A stretch of 64,000 nt of DNA from Octopus sinensis (lineage: Eukaryota): contig NC_043015.1 in assembly GCF_006345805.1 (NCBI RefSeq), positions 45,074,001 through 45,138,000 on the forward strand. The letters run 5' to 3'. Below the pieces are notes generated by a model that was given only the letters and a program-made list of their open reading frames with translations, did not search any database and was not told where the DNA came from. Below are positions 25,434-40,173 of this stretch, piece by piece (position 1 is the stretch's first letter; every line of letters begins with the position of its first letter). Both the position numbers and the translations under genes were made by a program.

Positions 25434-25478
25434 ATGACTTCTCAACCTCCAGTCTTTCATTGCGGAATTGTGAAACAG
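25434..25478 (+). CDS. SND1: SND1 exon 1 (MTSQPPVFHCGIVKQ)
   Basis: agcATG start, GIVKQ motif of SN1, CAG|gtaggc donor in phase 0. Confidence 0.88.
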
Positions 25479-26281
25479 GTAGGCTCCCTAAACCCGAAAA
25501 CCCCCCCATATTTCGGATAACTGAACCGATAAGGATCCCCGTATGTCCTGAAGCTGTTTTCTCTGCTCTTTTTGGAAGTATATTGCAAAGTATATACAGA
25601 AATTTCTGTGGGGCGGAGAAGAACATAACACATATGTTCTAAATTTCTCCATCGTTTCAGGATTTATCCCCTTTTTTTTTTAATTAATTAATTAATAACT
25701 TCCTCTGCTATTTCATTATTATTATATATTTTTTCCTGTATAGGATCTTTGTAATTTTAACTTACTTAAACTCCCAAAAACTATCTGCGATTGAAGTAAA
25801 ACCCCCCCAAAAAAAAAATTCATTCCTCAAATTTGATTTATTTATTTTTTCTGTATCTGATCTGGACCTTTAAAAAAAAAAAAAAATACTCCCACGAAAT
25901 AATTATTTGGCTGGGGGCGAAAAACCCCTTTAGTTTACATACATTCTTTCCCTTAATAAACAGATGTTTAGGTCACTTTCTTTTAGGAATATCTGTACAT
26001 TTGATAATCTTTTCTCCCAGCGTGTGCGCACCTGTATATGCGATTTATTTATTAGTCTTACTAATACTATTAGCAGCAATAAGTATTATTATTATTTCAC
26101 TAGATTCTAATAAACAGGCATTAACTACTAAAACGAAAAACACTACCCGACGGTCGCTGGCTACTAAATTCTGTTTGTGAAATATGTTGGTCTGTCCAAT
26201 ATGACTAACGCCTTTAGTTGAACGGATTCAGAACTGGAACTTTTCACATTAGTTTACACCAATAAATGTAGTGTTACGCAC

Positions 26282-26850
26282 ATATGTTATACATACATAT
26301 ATATATGTGTGTGTGTGTATATATATATATATGTGTGTGTGTATGTGTATATATGTATGTGTATATATGTGTGTGTATATATGAGTATATGTGTGTGTAT
26401 ATGAGTATATATGTGTGTGTGTATATGAGTATATATGTGTGTGTATATATGAGTATATATATGTGTGTATATATATGAGTATATATATGTGTGTATATAT
26501 ATGAGTATATATGTGTGTATATATATGAGTATATATGTGTGTATATATATGAGTATATATGTGTGTATATATATATGTGTGTATATATATATGTGTGTAT
26601 ATATATATGTGTGTATATATATTTGTGTGTATATATATTTGTGTGTATATACATATATATGTGTGTGTGTATATACATATATATGTGTGTGTGTATATAC
26701 ATATATATGTGTGTGTGTATATACATATATATGTGTGTGTGTGTGTATATACATATATATGTGTGTGTGTGTATGTGTGTATATATGTATGTGTATATGT
26801 GTATGTGTATATGTATGTGTGTATATATATGTGTATATATATATAATTTT
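26282..26850. repeat. Compound (TA)/(TG) microsatellite with units of about 20-24 bp
   Basis: atatatgagtatatatgtgtgt and atatacatatatatgtgtgtgtgt blocks; source of the YI/HT ORFs. Confidence 0.95.
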
Positions 26851-29800
26851 CTATGAGCCGTTCATCAAATAAGTTAAAACTACGAATGTTTTAATTAACC
26901 TTTTTTTATTATTTTATTATTTCTTGTTTGTTCAGAAAGTGGGGTCCTCTTATTCCGCAGGAAGACTGTTGCTATTTTTACACCATTCTTCCCTGTTACA
27001 GGCTGCTCTAAAAAAAAAAAAAGAAATAATACTATCCTGCCGTTATGTATGTACTAAGCGAAACAGAACTGAAAGATTCTTTTAGCTATTAGGGGAAATA
27101 CTTTCTGTTTTAATGTGTGTTTTTTTTCGTTCATTGAATCCTCGCAATTTATAAGATAAGGTTTTTTGTTATTTCAATAATCAGAAAAGTCTCAAATGGA
27201 GTTGTTTGCTTTACTATAAACCCCAGTTTTTGACGTTTGTGGGTCCCTACCAAAATCTGACTCCTAAATCTGTCGATGTGGCTGGCAAACAAGTAGAGAA
27301 AACTACTATGATTATTTTTAACAGCTGCAAATTTATTTACGGCAATATTTCGAGGGATCTTGATTCGCGATCGTTTTTCATCTACCAACTGCTTATTACA
27401 TTTGTAGATGTAATACCCCCCCATTGGTATTTCAGTTTAAAAAAATACCCCTTTCTCGCCCTTATTCGTAATCATTATTGTTATTTCACCCCTTCACATA
27501 TTGCATATATAACATTACTTAAAGTGTATAGAAAACCAGGCGTATAAAAGTAATAATTGACCGCAACATCCTGTATGCCTGCCTACTCATCTCGACAGAG
27601 TACGACTGTTTGCCTGACTAATGAGAACGTGTCGCTCCAAATATGTCTTACACGTGGATATTTTTTCTCTTCTTTTCAATCATCGTGAACTTTCTCGCTT
27701 TTTTTACGCTTCTATTTCCTTCGTAATTTACATAAAATTGGTCCGATTTATACCCACTAATTATGTAATTTATCAACTTAGCTTTTTCGAAACGATCTTC
27801 AATAGAATATTAAATGTACAGAATGGTTGATTTAGCAGCCTTCAACAGTTCGGGTTGCTTAACATTTCGTAACGAAGATCCTGTAACTGTATCTTACACG
27901 GATGCAATATGCAATAGAACAATGTAGGTACATAATCCCCGCAACTTTGATATATTTCAACTTTAATTAAATATGGATATTTTATTATCCATGATATATA
28001 AATTCCGCGGCGGCTAAAATGGTTCGCCAGTTATAAACATATTGATTCGTTTTTAAAGGCGAACGATTTTTGATTGCTTTGCCATATAGTTTTTTTTTTA
28101 TCACAATAGTTGTTATGAATTAGTTTAAAAAATTGTTTTATCCCCATATGTTTTTCTTATTCCTAAAAGAAAAATATGATCGGGTGAGTGTATTATTACT
28201 GAACGGCGAAGACATACTCTTCTAGTTTTATATCAACGTGTCGCTTATTCAGTAACACTAAAATTTAGGCAAAGTTGCCGAATTCGTCCGTGTGTGTGTT
28301 GCAATAATCTGTTCTGCTTTTCTGATTCCTAGAAAGGAAGATTGGCAAAAATAACATCTATTACTCGATAGAATTTGTTTCTTTTTCTTTTTTTGGGAGT
28401 ACCTCTTTTTTGTGCTTTTTTTATTCTATTCCTCTCAATATAATTCTCGGGTAGCAGGGCAACTGGTAATAAATACACCTAGCTTACAGAGATTTAAAAC
28501 CAGTAATTTTGTATTATATATATATATATTCTCCTCGGCCCTTTTAAGCTCCTAAGCTCCCCAACTGTTCTTGAACTCTTAGGAATGTAATATTCTTCTT
28601 AGGAAGAATATTATATTCTTCCTAATCCACCGAACCTTTGTTAAATACCAATGTTTCCACTGAAAACTGGCTTATTTAAACATTAAAAAAAATTAAATGG
28701 TAAAAGTTGATTGCATTTTCCCTGTTATTCAGAGCCCTTCTGAGCGTAGGGACCATTAAATCTGAGTTTAATTTACCTGGGGAAAAAATATTTGAAAACC
28801 TAAATATTCATTACTATTTGGGCGTAGTATAAATATTTCCTGTCAAAATTCATGAAAAAATGACGTTGTTCTGTCGGTTCCACTAATCACTAAGCCATGT
28901 TTACAGCATAAAAGATGTAGCATTCGTTGCTTTGAGATGAAAGAATTCTATTGTTTGATGGACTATTATCGAGGCATTTGTGATATTGCACATGAATATG
29001 TCTCTTTGAATTCTTGTCTTTGCGATTGTATAGCAGTTGCAACAACAATTTCTATTCGTTTTTGTACTCGGAATTTTCGATATATTATCATCACTGTTTT
29101 AGCGTCCACTTATCCGAGCTTGCATGGGTTGGATGGAATTGGTCGAGGCAGATATCCTACAGCCAGATGCCCCTTCTGTTAGTTAGCATTCCTCACCTGT
29201 TTCCAAGCAAGGTGTTTTCTCCGCCCATGGCAGGACATGCTTCCACGAAAGATTGGAAACTGACATTATTGCTTGTGTGATGGTGATGCTCATTTGCAAC
29301 TATACGGTGATGTCAAGACAAGGAGAACACACACATCACCGGTTTCTTGCAAATTCCATCTACCAAATTCACTCGCATGGCTTTGGTCTCTCGGGGGCTA
29401 TATTAGAAGACGTTTGCTCAAAGTGCCACATAGTGAACGCAAAAGCATGTGTTTTGGAAGCAAATTTCTTAATCACAGAGCCTTGTCTTCATTTATATGG
29501 CTTTTCAAAAATTCACACACAAATACATATACACTCACATATACGATGGTATTCTTGCAGATTCTACCTACCAAATCCCCTTACAAGGCTCTGGTTTCAT
29601 CATGGCTGTATCAGTAAACACTTGCCTACGATGCCATGTGCTTGGGATGCAAACTTTTTAACCACACAGCCATGCATGCACTTCTAGTTCGTGAATTTTA
29701 GTATTTTAGTTGCATTCTTTTTCTATATATAATATTCTACTGACATTCACACTCTATTTTGATGTCAATGTTGCTTCAAGGTCAGTTGTACCAAAATGTT

Positions 29801-30879
29801 TTTTTTGTGGATTTCGCATAATTTTTATTTCTTTATTTTATCCCTTTTCCCCATGACAGGTTATTTAAGAAATTCCAATTTCTAAATCTTCCTTGCAGTA
29901 CTTTTTATAAACAACCATATGTAACACTTTTGAAAAAAAACATCCCTTATTGTTGTTCTCCCCACAATTTCCAGTTTGTTCACAACTGGCTTACCATCTT
30001 AAGTAGTAACATGGTGACACAAACTATAACTGCACATTGCTGCATCCTCCATGTGTTTGTGATTCCCTATTACTCTTAGCGGATGACGCTTTAGTAGTAG
30101 TATGGGGAGATACACTAACCGCACATTGCTGCATCCTCCATGGGCTGGTGGTTCCTTATTACTCGTAGAGGATGATGCCTTTGCATCACCCAAGGGACAC
30201 CCCTTCAATGCATGTGCGTGCATGTGAACCTCCCTTACCCACTGAAATTTTCAATTTTTTTTCTGGTATTGCAAAAGTCTTTTTAAGCCCCACTTCAGCT
30301 CCCTTCAAACAGACATTCCTAGCGTGATCATCTTCTGTAGCTTGGACTACATTATCTAATGTGTGTTTCCCTTTTCTTTAAAGGCAGCAGGATGTGATCT
30401 GGGAGGGGCCTAATTGCTACGTCTAACTGGTTGGACAACTGTATAATAGTTGTCTTGTTGATTTGAATGAATAGACCAGTATGTGTGTAGTGAGATGGGG
30501 GAATTCCATAACCTATTGGATTGTAGCGAGGCCATAGGTGATTTTTGTCTTAATGTAATATATCTTGTACGAGTCAACCTGGTTGACCCACTCTTTCTGT
30601 GGATATGTAGACGCATCCACAGAAAGAGTCAAGCCTAACACTACAAGCTGAAGTCCATATGTTTTTAGTCTACCACTGATTACAGCGATTTGTTCCTAAT
30701 TTCCATTTAGTTACAATAAAATGGACTAAGACCACACAAGCAAAAAAAAATACTTTTGGCCATCGACACAATGCAAAGCTGACAACAGGATACAAAGTCC
30801 TGACCTTTGTATTTCTCTCAATACAGACACATGCAGCTTCCTTATGAGCAGATGTATGTATTGTATATCATTTTAATGT

Positions 30880-31220
30880 GAAGGTGCATAGGTCAGTGGT
30901 TAGAGTGTCAGGCTCACAATAATGAGGTAGTGAGTTCGATTCCTGGTATGGGCTATGTGTTGTGTTCTTGAGCAAGACACTTTATTTCATGTTGCTCAAA
31001 TTCACTCTGCTCTGGAAATGAGTTGCGATGTCACTGGTGCCAAGCTGTATCGGTCTTTGCCTTTCCCTTGGATAGCAAGGTGGTGTGGATTGTGGCGGGC
31101 TAGTATGCATGGGTGACTGCTAGTCTTCCATAAACAACCTTGCCTTGACTTGTGCTTCAGAGGGTAACTTCCTTGGTGCAGTCCCATGGTCATTCATGAC
31201 CAAAGGGGGACTTTACCCTC
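30880..31220 (+). mobile_element. tRNA-derived SINE family C
   Basis: gtggttagagtg A-box, gagttcgattcc B-box, gttcttgagcaagacacttt core; related copies at about 4050-4320 (-), 40690-40870 (-), 46960-47440 (+), 54040-54190 (-). Confidence 0.75.
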
Positions 31221-32149
31221 CTATATATAACTTTAACAAAAACATAACCCTCTTTGAAGGTTTAAAAGAATTTGAGGCTGTACATACCTAATCACAGCTA
31301 AGTAGATAGTCGCAGAACTTAAAAATCTTTTGCTAGGAATGATAGTAACAATGACAAGATATAATTTATACAGAACCCATTCACTTTACTGACTGAAACT
31401 TCTCAGATTTAAAAATTAGAATTTACACTCCTGGAGACTTAGTATTTTCTAAGTCAGCATCGAGACTGAATGATTGTATTGCTAGTTTACAGTTTTTATG
31501 CATGCTGTGATCTCGGGTAATGGAATTTTGACCCATTGATCAGTGGATGATTGTACATATACAGGACATTTAACCCTTCAGCATTCAGAGTCCTCTCTCA
31601 AATTTATCATCATCATTTAATGTCTGTTTTCTATGCTGGTATGGGTTGGACGGTTTGACAGGAGCTGACCAGCTGAAGCGCTGTTCAGGCTCCATGTCTG
31701 TCTGTGGCTAGATGCCCTTCCTAATGCTAGCTACTTTACAGCGTGTGCTGGGTGCTTTTTACATGGCACCAGCACTTAAGAGCCTGCAAGATTAGGGATG
31801 CTTGCAAGAGTGAGCCTGTATGCAAGGGCCACGAGTCTCAGTCCCCTGCCCTCCTCTCAGTGAGTCCCAATGTTTGTAGATCCTTTTGAATTAATCATGC
31901 ATTATCTTGTGGCTTCGAGATTTCAATGTTGTGATTGTATATTTTTTGAATGACATTGTAGGGTAGGGATGAGAGACCAGATCTAGCCAGGTTGAACTAA
32001 AACAGATTTAATAATTGGCAGGATGTGGCTGGTTTAAATGCTATACAGTTTGATAATTGCTGTTTTTTCTTTTTTAATATTTTTATTATGGATTAAAAAG
32101 GAGTGTTTCTAGAGTCCTCAAAATTTTGTCAGGAATACTCTTTTTTTTT

Positions 32150-32540
32150 TAAAACTCTTTTCAGTCATTTGACTGCGGCCATGCCGGAGCACCGCCTTTG
32201 GTCGACCAAATCGACCTCGGGACTTATTCTTTTGTAAGCCCAGTACTTATTCTATCGGTCTCTTTTTGCCGAACCGCTAAGTGACGGGTACATAAACACA
32301 CCAGCATCGGTTGTCAAGCAATGCTAGTGGGACAACCACAGACACAAAAACACGCACACATACATATACATATATACGGCAGGCTTCTTTCAGTTTCCGT
32401 CTACCAAATCTACTCACAAGGCATTTGTCGGCCCGGGGCTATAGCAGAAGACACTTGCCCAAGATGCCACGCAGTGGGACTGAACCCGGAACCATGTGGT
32501 TGGTTAGCAAGCTACTTACCACACAGCCACTCCTGCGCCT
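32150..32540 (-). mobile_element. Full-length SINE family B
   Basis: Reverse complement of ggcgcaggagtggctgtgtggtaag...gcagtcaaatgactgaaa. Confidence 0.85.
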
Positions 32541-33759
32541 ATGTTAATTTTTTTTTTAACTATTGAATAACATTTTTGTGTTTGATGAAAGACTGCATTT
32601 CTCTTCAGTGCTTTGGCAGAATGCCAGTTTAGTGTCTTTGACACTTTCGGATAATCTGTTCTAGTCTGATTTCATCATCATCACTTAATGTCCACTCTTC
32701 CATGTTTGCATGGGGCAGATTTTCCAAAATCAGATGCCTCTCCTGTTACGAACCCATCCCTGTTTCCAAATAAGGTCACATTTCTCCATGGCCAAACATG
32801 TTTTTAACAGAAGAATAGAAATGAACAACATTAAGTATGACACTGACAATTCCAGTTAGTATCTACCAAATTCACTTACAAGGCTTTAGTTGACCTGAAA
32901 CTCATAGAGGATACTAAGCTTTCCTATTAGTGGTAATTACTGGATTGAATGTCATGATCATCATTGGGGAATTACAACCGTGTTTCGTGGTCTGCTACCA
33001 CAACAGCTCCTTTATAGGATCCAGTTAGCTCAAGACATCATTAGGAGGAACCATGTCCGGTTTCGGTCCCCTACTCCTCTACCGTTTTGACGTGGCGGGG
33101 CCCCCCCTTTCGGAGGTGTCTTCAGCTCTGGTGTTGGGTGCATGTCTTCTTTCTTTTGTTCCCTGGCCTCTTCGATGTATCATCAGCCGGTGACTGACTG
33201 TCTTGTCAAATTTCTCCCTTTAAATACCTGCCACATAGGCTCCATTCATTTTCCATGCTTGCATGGATTGGACAGTGTTTATAGAGGCAGATTTTCTATA
33301 GCCAAATGCCCTTCCTGTCACCAACCATCACCTGTTTCCAGGCAAGGTAATATTTCCCCATGACCAGATATTTTAACGAAATATTGGAAATGAACTGACA
33401 TTACTTGTATGACAATCCCAATCATTTACAACTATCCTGTTACATCAAGGATGGACACACACACACACACACTATCTACTTCCAGTTTCTGCATACCAAA
33501 TCCACTCACAAGGCTTTTGGTTCGCTTAAGACTATAGTAGAACCATCTAACCACACGGCCACACCTGTTATTTAGCTATTTATAAGTTTTAACATCACAA
33601 TTTGTGAACGATAGTCCCATTGGTTATGTTCTTCTGATGAACACTGGCTCATTGTGTTTCTAATTGTGAGAATAACCTAGGAGTGCCTTTGGCTTCAGCT
33701 TCCTATCAGTTCACAGACAAACAATCACCCCCACCGCCCTATACTGTAAATATACTCTT

Positions 33760-33951
33760 TACTCTTTTACTTGTTTCAGTCATATTGACTGCGGCCATGC
33801 TGGAGCACCGCCTTTAGTCGAGCAAATCGACCCCGGGACTTATTCTTTGTAAGCCCAGTACTCATTCTATCGGTCTCTTTTGCTGAACTGCTAAGTTGCG
33901 GGGACGTAAACACACCAGCATCGGTTGTCAAGCAATGCTAGGGGGACAAAT

Positions 33952-34034
<83 letters not shown>

Positions 34035-34205
34035 CATATATACAACAGGCTTCTTTCAGTTTCCGTCTACCAAATCCACTCACAAGGCATTGGTCGGCCC
34101 GGGGCTATAGCAGAAGACACTTGCCCAAGATGCCACGCAGTGGGACTGAACACGGAACCATGTGGTTGGTTAGCAAGCTACTTACCACACAGCCACTCCT
34201 GCGAC
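33760..34205 (-). mobile_element. Full-length SINE family B with internal (TA)n
   Basis: Same architecture as 32150-32540. Confidence 0.85.
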
Positions 34206-34595
34206 TATATATAATAAATTTCAAATGTAGTAAAGCTTTAAGAAAAGTGGAAAAAGATGGATATGCCTGCTAGCAACTTTTTTACCTTATGAGGGTAAAA
34301 TGCCCAAACTTTCTCTGCTGTTCTTACAGCTTTACTGCATTTGAAACTTACTTTCTTGCCTGCAAAATACCAACTACATTTGATGCTTCCAAAGTTTGTT
34401 TAGAAAATGTCATATATATATATAGATGTGGCCATGGGGTGGCAATTCTGCTTTCAAATCACATGGTTCCAGGTTCAGTCCCTCTGTATGGTACCTTAGG
34501 CAAGTGTCTTCTACTATAGCCTTGGGCCAATCGAAGCCTTGTGAGTGGCTCTTGTAGACAAAAACTGAAAGAAGCCTGCCATGTGTATGTATGTT

Positions 34596-34626
<31 letters not shown>

Positions 34627-37600
34627 GCATGTGTCTTTGTGCCTTTGTTTGTCCCCCTACCATCACTTGACAACTGGTGTATTTACATCCCCATGACTCC
34701 ATAACTTAGCAGTCGGCAAAAGAGACCAATAGAATAAATACTAGGCTTACAAAGAATAAGTCCTGGGGTTGATTTCTTTGACTAAAAAACCCTTAAAGGT
34801 GGCACTCCAGCATGGCCACAGGCAAATGACTGAAACAAGTAAAAAAAGACTGTGTGTGAATATTTACATATATAGTGCAGGCATAGTGGTTGTGTGGTCA
34901 AGAAGCACAGGCATGGTTGTGCGTTGCAACCATGTGGTTTTGGGTTCAGTCCCACAGCATAGCACTTTGAGCAAGTGCTTTCTCCTTTTTTACTTTAGCC
35001 TTGGGCCAACCAATGCCCTGTGAGTGAATCCGATAGATGGTAACTGTGTCGAAGCCCATTATATGTGAGTGTGTATGTCTTTGTGTTTGCACCCCATTCC
35101 GTCATTTCTTGGTAGCTGGTGTTGGTTTATTTTCGTCCCTGTAACTTAGTTGTTCAGCAACACAGATCAGTAGGATTAGTAGCAGACTAAAAAAAAATGT
35201 ACTGGGATTGATTTCAATTTCATTCAATGTCCGTTGTCCATGCTAGCGTGGGTTGGATGCTGTGACCATAACTGGCAAACTGGAGGCCTGCACCAGGCTC
35301 CAGTCTGATTTGGTATGGTTTCTACATCTGGGTGCCCTTTCTAATGCCAACCACTTTACAGAGTATGCTGGGTGCTTTTACTTGGTGCCTGTTCAATTAA
35401 ACCCTTCAAGGCGGTAACTCTACCATGACTGCAGTCCAATGACAGAAACAAGTACAATAAAATGGTAAATGATATATATTTGAAGAGCTACAATATAGCT
35501 TCTGTCTGTTAATACACATCAAGTATTGTTTAGTCTGGCAGAAGATAGTTGCCCAAGGTGACGAGCTAGCAAAAACGTTAGCATGCTAGGCAAAATGCTA
35601 AGCAGTATTTTGTCTGCCATTACGTTCTGAGTTCAAATTCCGCCGAGGATGACTTTGCCTTTCATCCTTTCGGGGTCAATAAATTAAGTACCAGTTACGC
35701 ACTGGGATCGATGTAATTGACTCAATCCCTTTGTCTGTCCTTGTTTGTCCCCTTGTGAGCAATAAAGAAGATAGTTGCCCAAGATCCTGCTTGTTAGGAA
35801 GTGATTCAAAATCACATAATTGCAAAGGAAACTTAACCACAACCTACCCTGTCTTTTTATATGGTGTAGCTGTGGCTACTTTGTTCAATAGTTTTATGAT
35901 GGTGGGTTGTAAAAACGTTGCTGCTATTTCCAGCAGGTTGGACAGCCATGTAGCAGTTCTTTCCTTAGCTCATGTTTTTAAACTAAATTGCTCTAATCTT
36001 TGCCAGTCTGTTACATGAGAAGATAGAAAAACAATTACTATACTTGCACGTGAATGTGTTGCACCCTTAATTTAGTGTTGAATCTTGGTACAAAATCTTT
36101 TCCCCATTATAGTTTTAGCTTTGCCCTGTGTATGTTGCACTTTAGTTGTTTCAGATAAAATCAAGTATAAAACAGTGCAACTTATGCACAAGTAATTATG
36201 GTAATTCAATATCCCATGTTTTCATTCTCCCAACCCATTTGATATTAACCCACTTAGAACGAATTGTGTTTGTATGATACAAAGTCTTATTTTATAGTTC
36301 ATACTGAACCCTTTAGCACTCAGATTACTCTTGTCAAGTGTAATACTTCTTTATTCAGATCAGTTTGAATTAATAATCCATTGTCTTGTAGCTTTAAGAT
36401 TCCAGTGATATGAGTGTTTATTTTTGGAATAATATTGTAGGCTAAGTGTGATAGGCCAGTTTGAATATAAAACAGAATATTTTGACACATAGAACCATTA
36501 ATCCAGACACTGTTTTTTTTTTCCCTTTCCATTTTCTTTCTTTCCTTATTCAAAATGCCAAAGACTTCTCCATTTTTTTCTGTCAAACTAATACACCTTG
36601 TTTGTTGTTCCCGCCCCTGTTTCTGTCTTGTTTTTTGTACATTTGAACCACAAAATATTTTGGCCAACTATGTCTGGTCTAAATGCTAAAAGGTCAACCA
36701 TTTAGCATTCAGATTATTCTGTCAAATGTAATGCTTATTGTTTTAAATTATGCATTATCTCGTAGCTTTGTGATTTTAATTATATAATTGTTATTTCTAG
36801 AATGCAATTGTAGGAAGGGTGTGAGAGGCTGGATCTGGCCTGTTTGAACTTAAAATAGGTAGAACATTTTGGCCAGATATACTCTTTACTCTCTGTTCTC
36901 TTTTACTTGTTTCAGTCATTTGACTGTGGCCATGCTGGAGCACTGCATTTAGTCGAGCAAATCAACCCCAGGACTTATTCTTTGTATTCCTGGTACTTAT
37001 TCTATTGGTCTCTATGGCCAGTTTAAATGCTGAAATGTTAAATCAACTGTATATTGTAATTTCATGTTAGTCTTTTCCAAACATCTGCATAATATACAAT
37101 TAGAATGCAAAAGTAATTATTTTACTAATTTTTTTTCAAATTCTTTATTATTTCCAAAATTAATTAAAAAACATAAGCAATGAATTTAATTCAGAAACTT
37201 TGTTGCAAAAAGGTTTCTCCTGTGATAGTGGGAAAGTTAAACCGAATGATGTTTAACCACACTACTGATGACTGAATCCTTGTATTCATTTGTGTCTGTG
37301 TAGTAATGTTAATACACTCGATGTCTCAAGTAATAAGTCTATTTTTCCATGAACTCCATGGTTGAGGGTTAAATCACTTGGTACAGACACCACATTACAA
37401 AAGGATATAAGTTTGGGTACAAAGTAATGACTGGTACAAAGTGAAAAGACTAAATGCACTGATACGTTCTGAAGTTACTGATTAAGGGCTTTTTATAATA
37501 ATAATAATTATAGGCACAAGGCTTGAAATTTTTAGGAGAGGGATTAAGTCAGTTATATCAACCCTGGTGCTCAGCTGATACTTGTTTTATCAGTCCTGGA

Positions 37601-37729
37601 AAGATGAAAGGCAAAATTGACCTTGGTGGAATTTGAACTCAGAACATGAAGGTGGATGAAATGCTGCTTAGCATTTTGCCTGACATGCTAATGATTCTGC
37701 CAGCTCATCACCTTAATAATAGTAATGAA

Positions 37730-38090
37730 GATTTCTTTTATTAGCCACAAGGGCCCAAGACATGGATGACATTATCAAAGGATGAGATACAGCACACAAA
37801 AAGAGATAGGGTTTACGTCAGTTAAAGGGAGACACTACAATATTAAAGTTAAGTTAATTTTTTTGCTCAAAAAGCAAAAAAGCAAGGCTATGTAGGGGGA
37901 CATGGAGTTATGTACAGGGGTGTTCATGCAAAGAGTTCAGGCCATTTCTGGTCAAGAGAGACTTTGAACCGAGCGGTCGTCGGCATCTTCACTATCTCGT
38001 CCGGCAGCTTATTCCACGGAGAAAGCCCCTCTCCTTTGATTGAGATGAAATCGTCGTAGATAGAGCTTTTCAGAGTGACCCTGGAGCAGG
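37730..38090 (-). mobile_element. CR1/L2-type LINE 3' fragment
   Basis: Minus strand encodes PWNKLPDEIVKMPTTARFKVSLD, typical of the CR1 ORF2 end. Confidence 0.7.
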
Positions 38091-38863
38091 AGTGAAGAAC
38101 AGCTCTTTTGAGAACAACAATAATAATACTGGTTTCAGATTTTGGGACAACGCCAGCAATTTTGAGGTGAGGGAGAAGCTGATTATGTTGATGTTAGTGC
38201 TCAACAGGTTTATCAATCCCAAAAGGATAAAAGGCGTTCTTGACCTCAGCAGGGTTTGTGCACAAAATGTAAAAGCCCTAAAGAATGCTATTAAGCATTT
38301 GTCCGATGTGTCGATTCTGTCAGCTTGTTATCTTCATAATGATAATATTATTGCTTATAGACATTAGTCTATGGTCAGACACAACAGTGGTAAATTACAT
38401 TGTCAGAGAATCATAGAAAAATATCGAAAATATATTTCTTGGCTCTGGTGTAAATTGTTTTATTTTTGTGTGTCCTTCAAATTATAAGTTTGCTTGGCAA
38501 CTACATGGTTTCCTGTTCAATCTCACTGTATGGCATCAAGGGTGAATGTTTTCCTATGTAGCCCTGGGCCAACTAATTCTTTCTCAGTGAAATTTTCTTA
38601 ATGGAAACTGTACAGAAGCCAGTTGTATGTATGTGTGTGTGTGTGTATATCTTCACATTGGTAGTTTTGAAGTGTGAAGGCCAGTTGTTTTCTAAGAAGG
38701 GTGTCTTCTTACTTGAAAACAAGCATAGTTTGGCACCTGGCCATTGGATTCTGTCTCAAGAAGCCTTGTCTGACATGTGCCGACATAGAAAAAGCAACTG
38801 TGAGAATACTGATGATGCGATACATGAGAATTTGTTGAAAAACCATTATCATATTCATTATTT

Positions 38864-39286
38864 GGATCTTTTCGATTTGATCGGCAGTTTTTTTAAATAA
38901 TTTCCACGTAACTAAGCACTTTTAAACTTCATATACTGGTAGAATGTGTTTATAAAACATCTTTTTCTCTTGGCTTTATTGAAAACATTCTATAGTTTGT
39001 AAGATATTTGTTGTTTTTTTTTCTTCAATTTCTGCAATTTCAACCAATCAATGATGTCTATTGAGGTGAAAACATTCTGTGCCGTATGAAAACGTCCCTT
39101 GTTTAAGAAACAGATTGGGTTTATTTATATTTCTGAAGAAAAAAAAGATACCCTTCCCCCCATCCCTAATCCTAACTTTAACCCTAAAACATTGAAATGC
39201 AATAGATCGATACTAGGGTCATAATTATGGGTGACAATTTCATATGACACCGCTAGAAAAAACTGCTGGTCAAACCGAAAAGATCC
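38864..39286 (+). mobile_element. Merlin-like MITE copy 3 (SND1 intron 1)
   Basis: Same TIR; 8-bp TSD CATTATTT. Confidence 0.9.
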
Positions 39287-39842
39287 CATTATTTTCCTTT
39301 GTTTTGCAAGAACAATATGGATATTTGCATTATTTCATTAGCACTTTTGCCATTATTGGAAAATATTGGAGTGAATGTCTTTTGAATGTTGTTCTTTTGG
39401 AATTCTCACCAGATCGGCTATAACATGGGAAGGAGGGACAGTTTTCTATCTCTTGGGCTGCCTGAAATTATATCTTTGGTCCCAGGATATCAAACTGCTT
39501 AAAATAACTCAAATGTTCATATTTAAATTATAATTTTTTTTCTGAATTATAAATAAGGAAATGGTTTTGGTAAAGTTATGTTCAAAACATTAATGTATCA
39601 TTAAATACAAAGGTTGGATATTTCACCAAACCACTTCAGATTTCTGATTCACTTGTAAATAAACTTAAACACAGCAGCAGCGACTGCCTATGTTGTTTGG
39701 GAAAAACTGACCACACAAGACATTTGACTTCTGCATTTGTTTAGTTGATTTGTACTACCTCAACCCCTTTAACAGTTTGGTTTTAAGAATTGATTTATAA
39801 TGGTTGAATACTGATTAACTGTCATTTATTTTTTCATTACAG

Positions 39843-39977
39843 ATTTTGTCAGGTGATGCTGTTGTTATTCGGGGTCAACCACGTGGTGGACCTCCCAAAG
39901 AACGAACTATATGTCTGTCAAATATTACAGCTCCCAGGTTAGCTCGTAGGGCTAATCCGAAAGAAACAAAAGATGAG
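39843..39977 (+). CDS. SND1: SND1 exon 2 ([21 protein letters not shown]...KDE)
   Basis: RGQPRGGPP motif; ag/gt boundaries, 135 nt. Confidence 0.97.
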
Positions 39978-40173
39978 GTAAACAATTTTTTTGATTTTCT
40001 ATGTTTGTTATAGCACATGTGTGGCTGAGTGGTTAACAAACTTGCTTCCCAACCATGTGTTCACTGTGCAACACCTTGGGCAAGTGTCTTCTATACAACC
40101 CTAGGTCCACCAAACCCTTAGGAATGGATTTGGTTGACAAACTGAAAAAGAGCCCGGTTTATGAATACATACA

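Noticed and set aside
26274-26872. Six overlapping ORFs of 64-155 aa
   Set aside because: Compound microsatellite lacking stops by composition
25479-39842. Nested gene in the 14.4-kb SND1 intron 1
   Set aside because: No ORF with recognisable homology or consistent splice chain found; small exons cannot be excluded by eye
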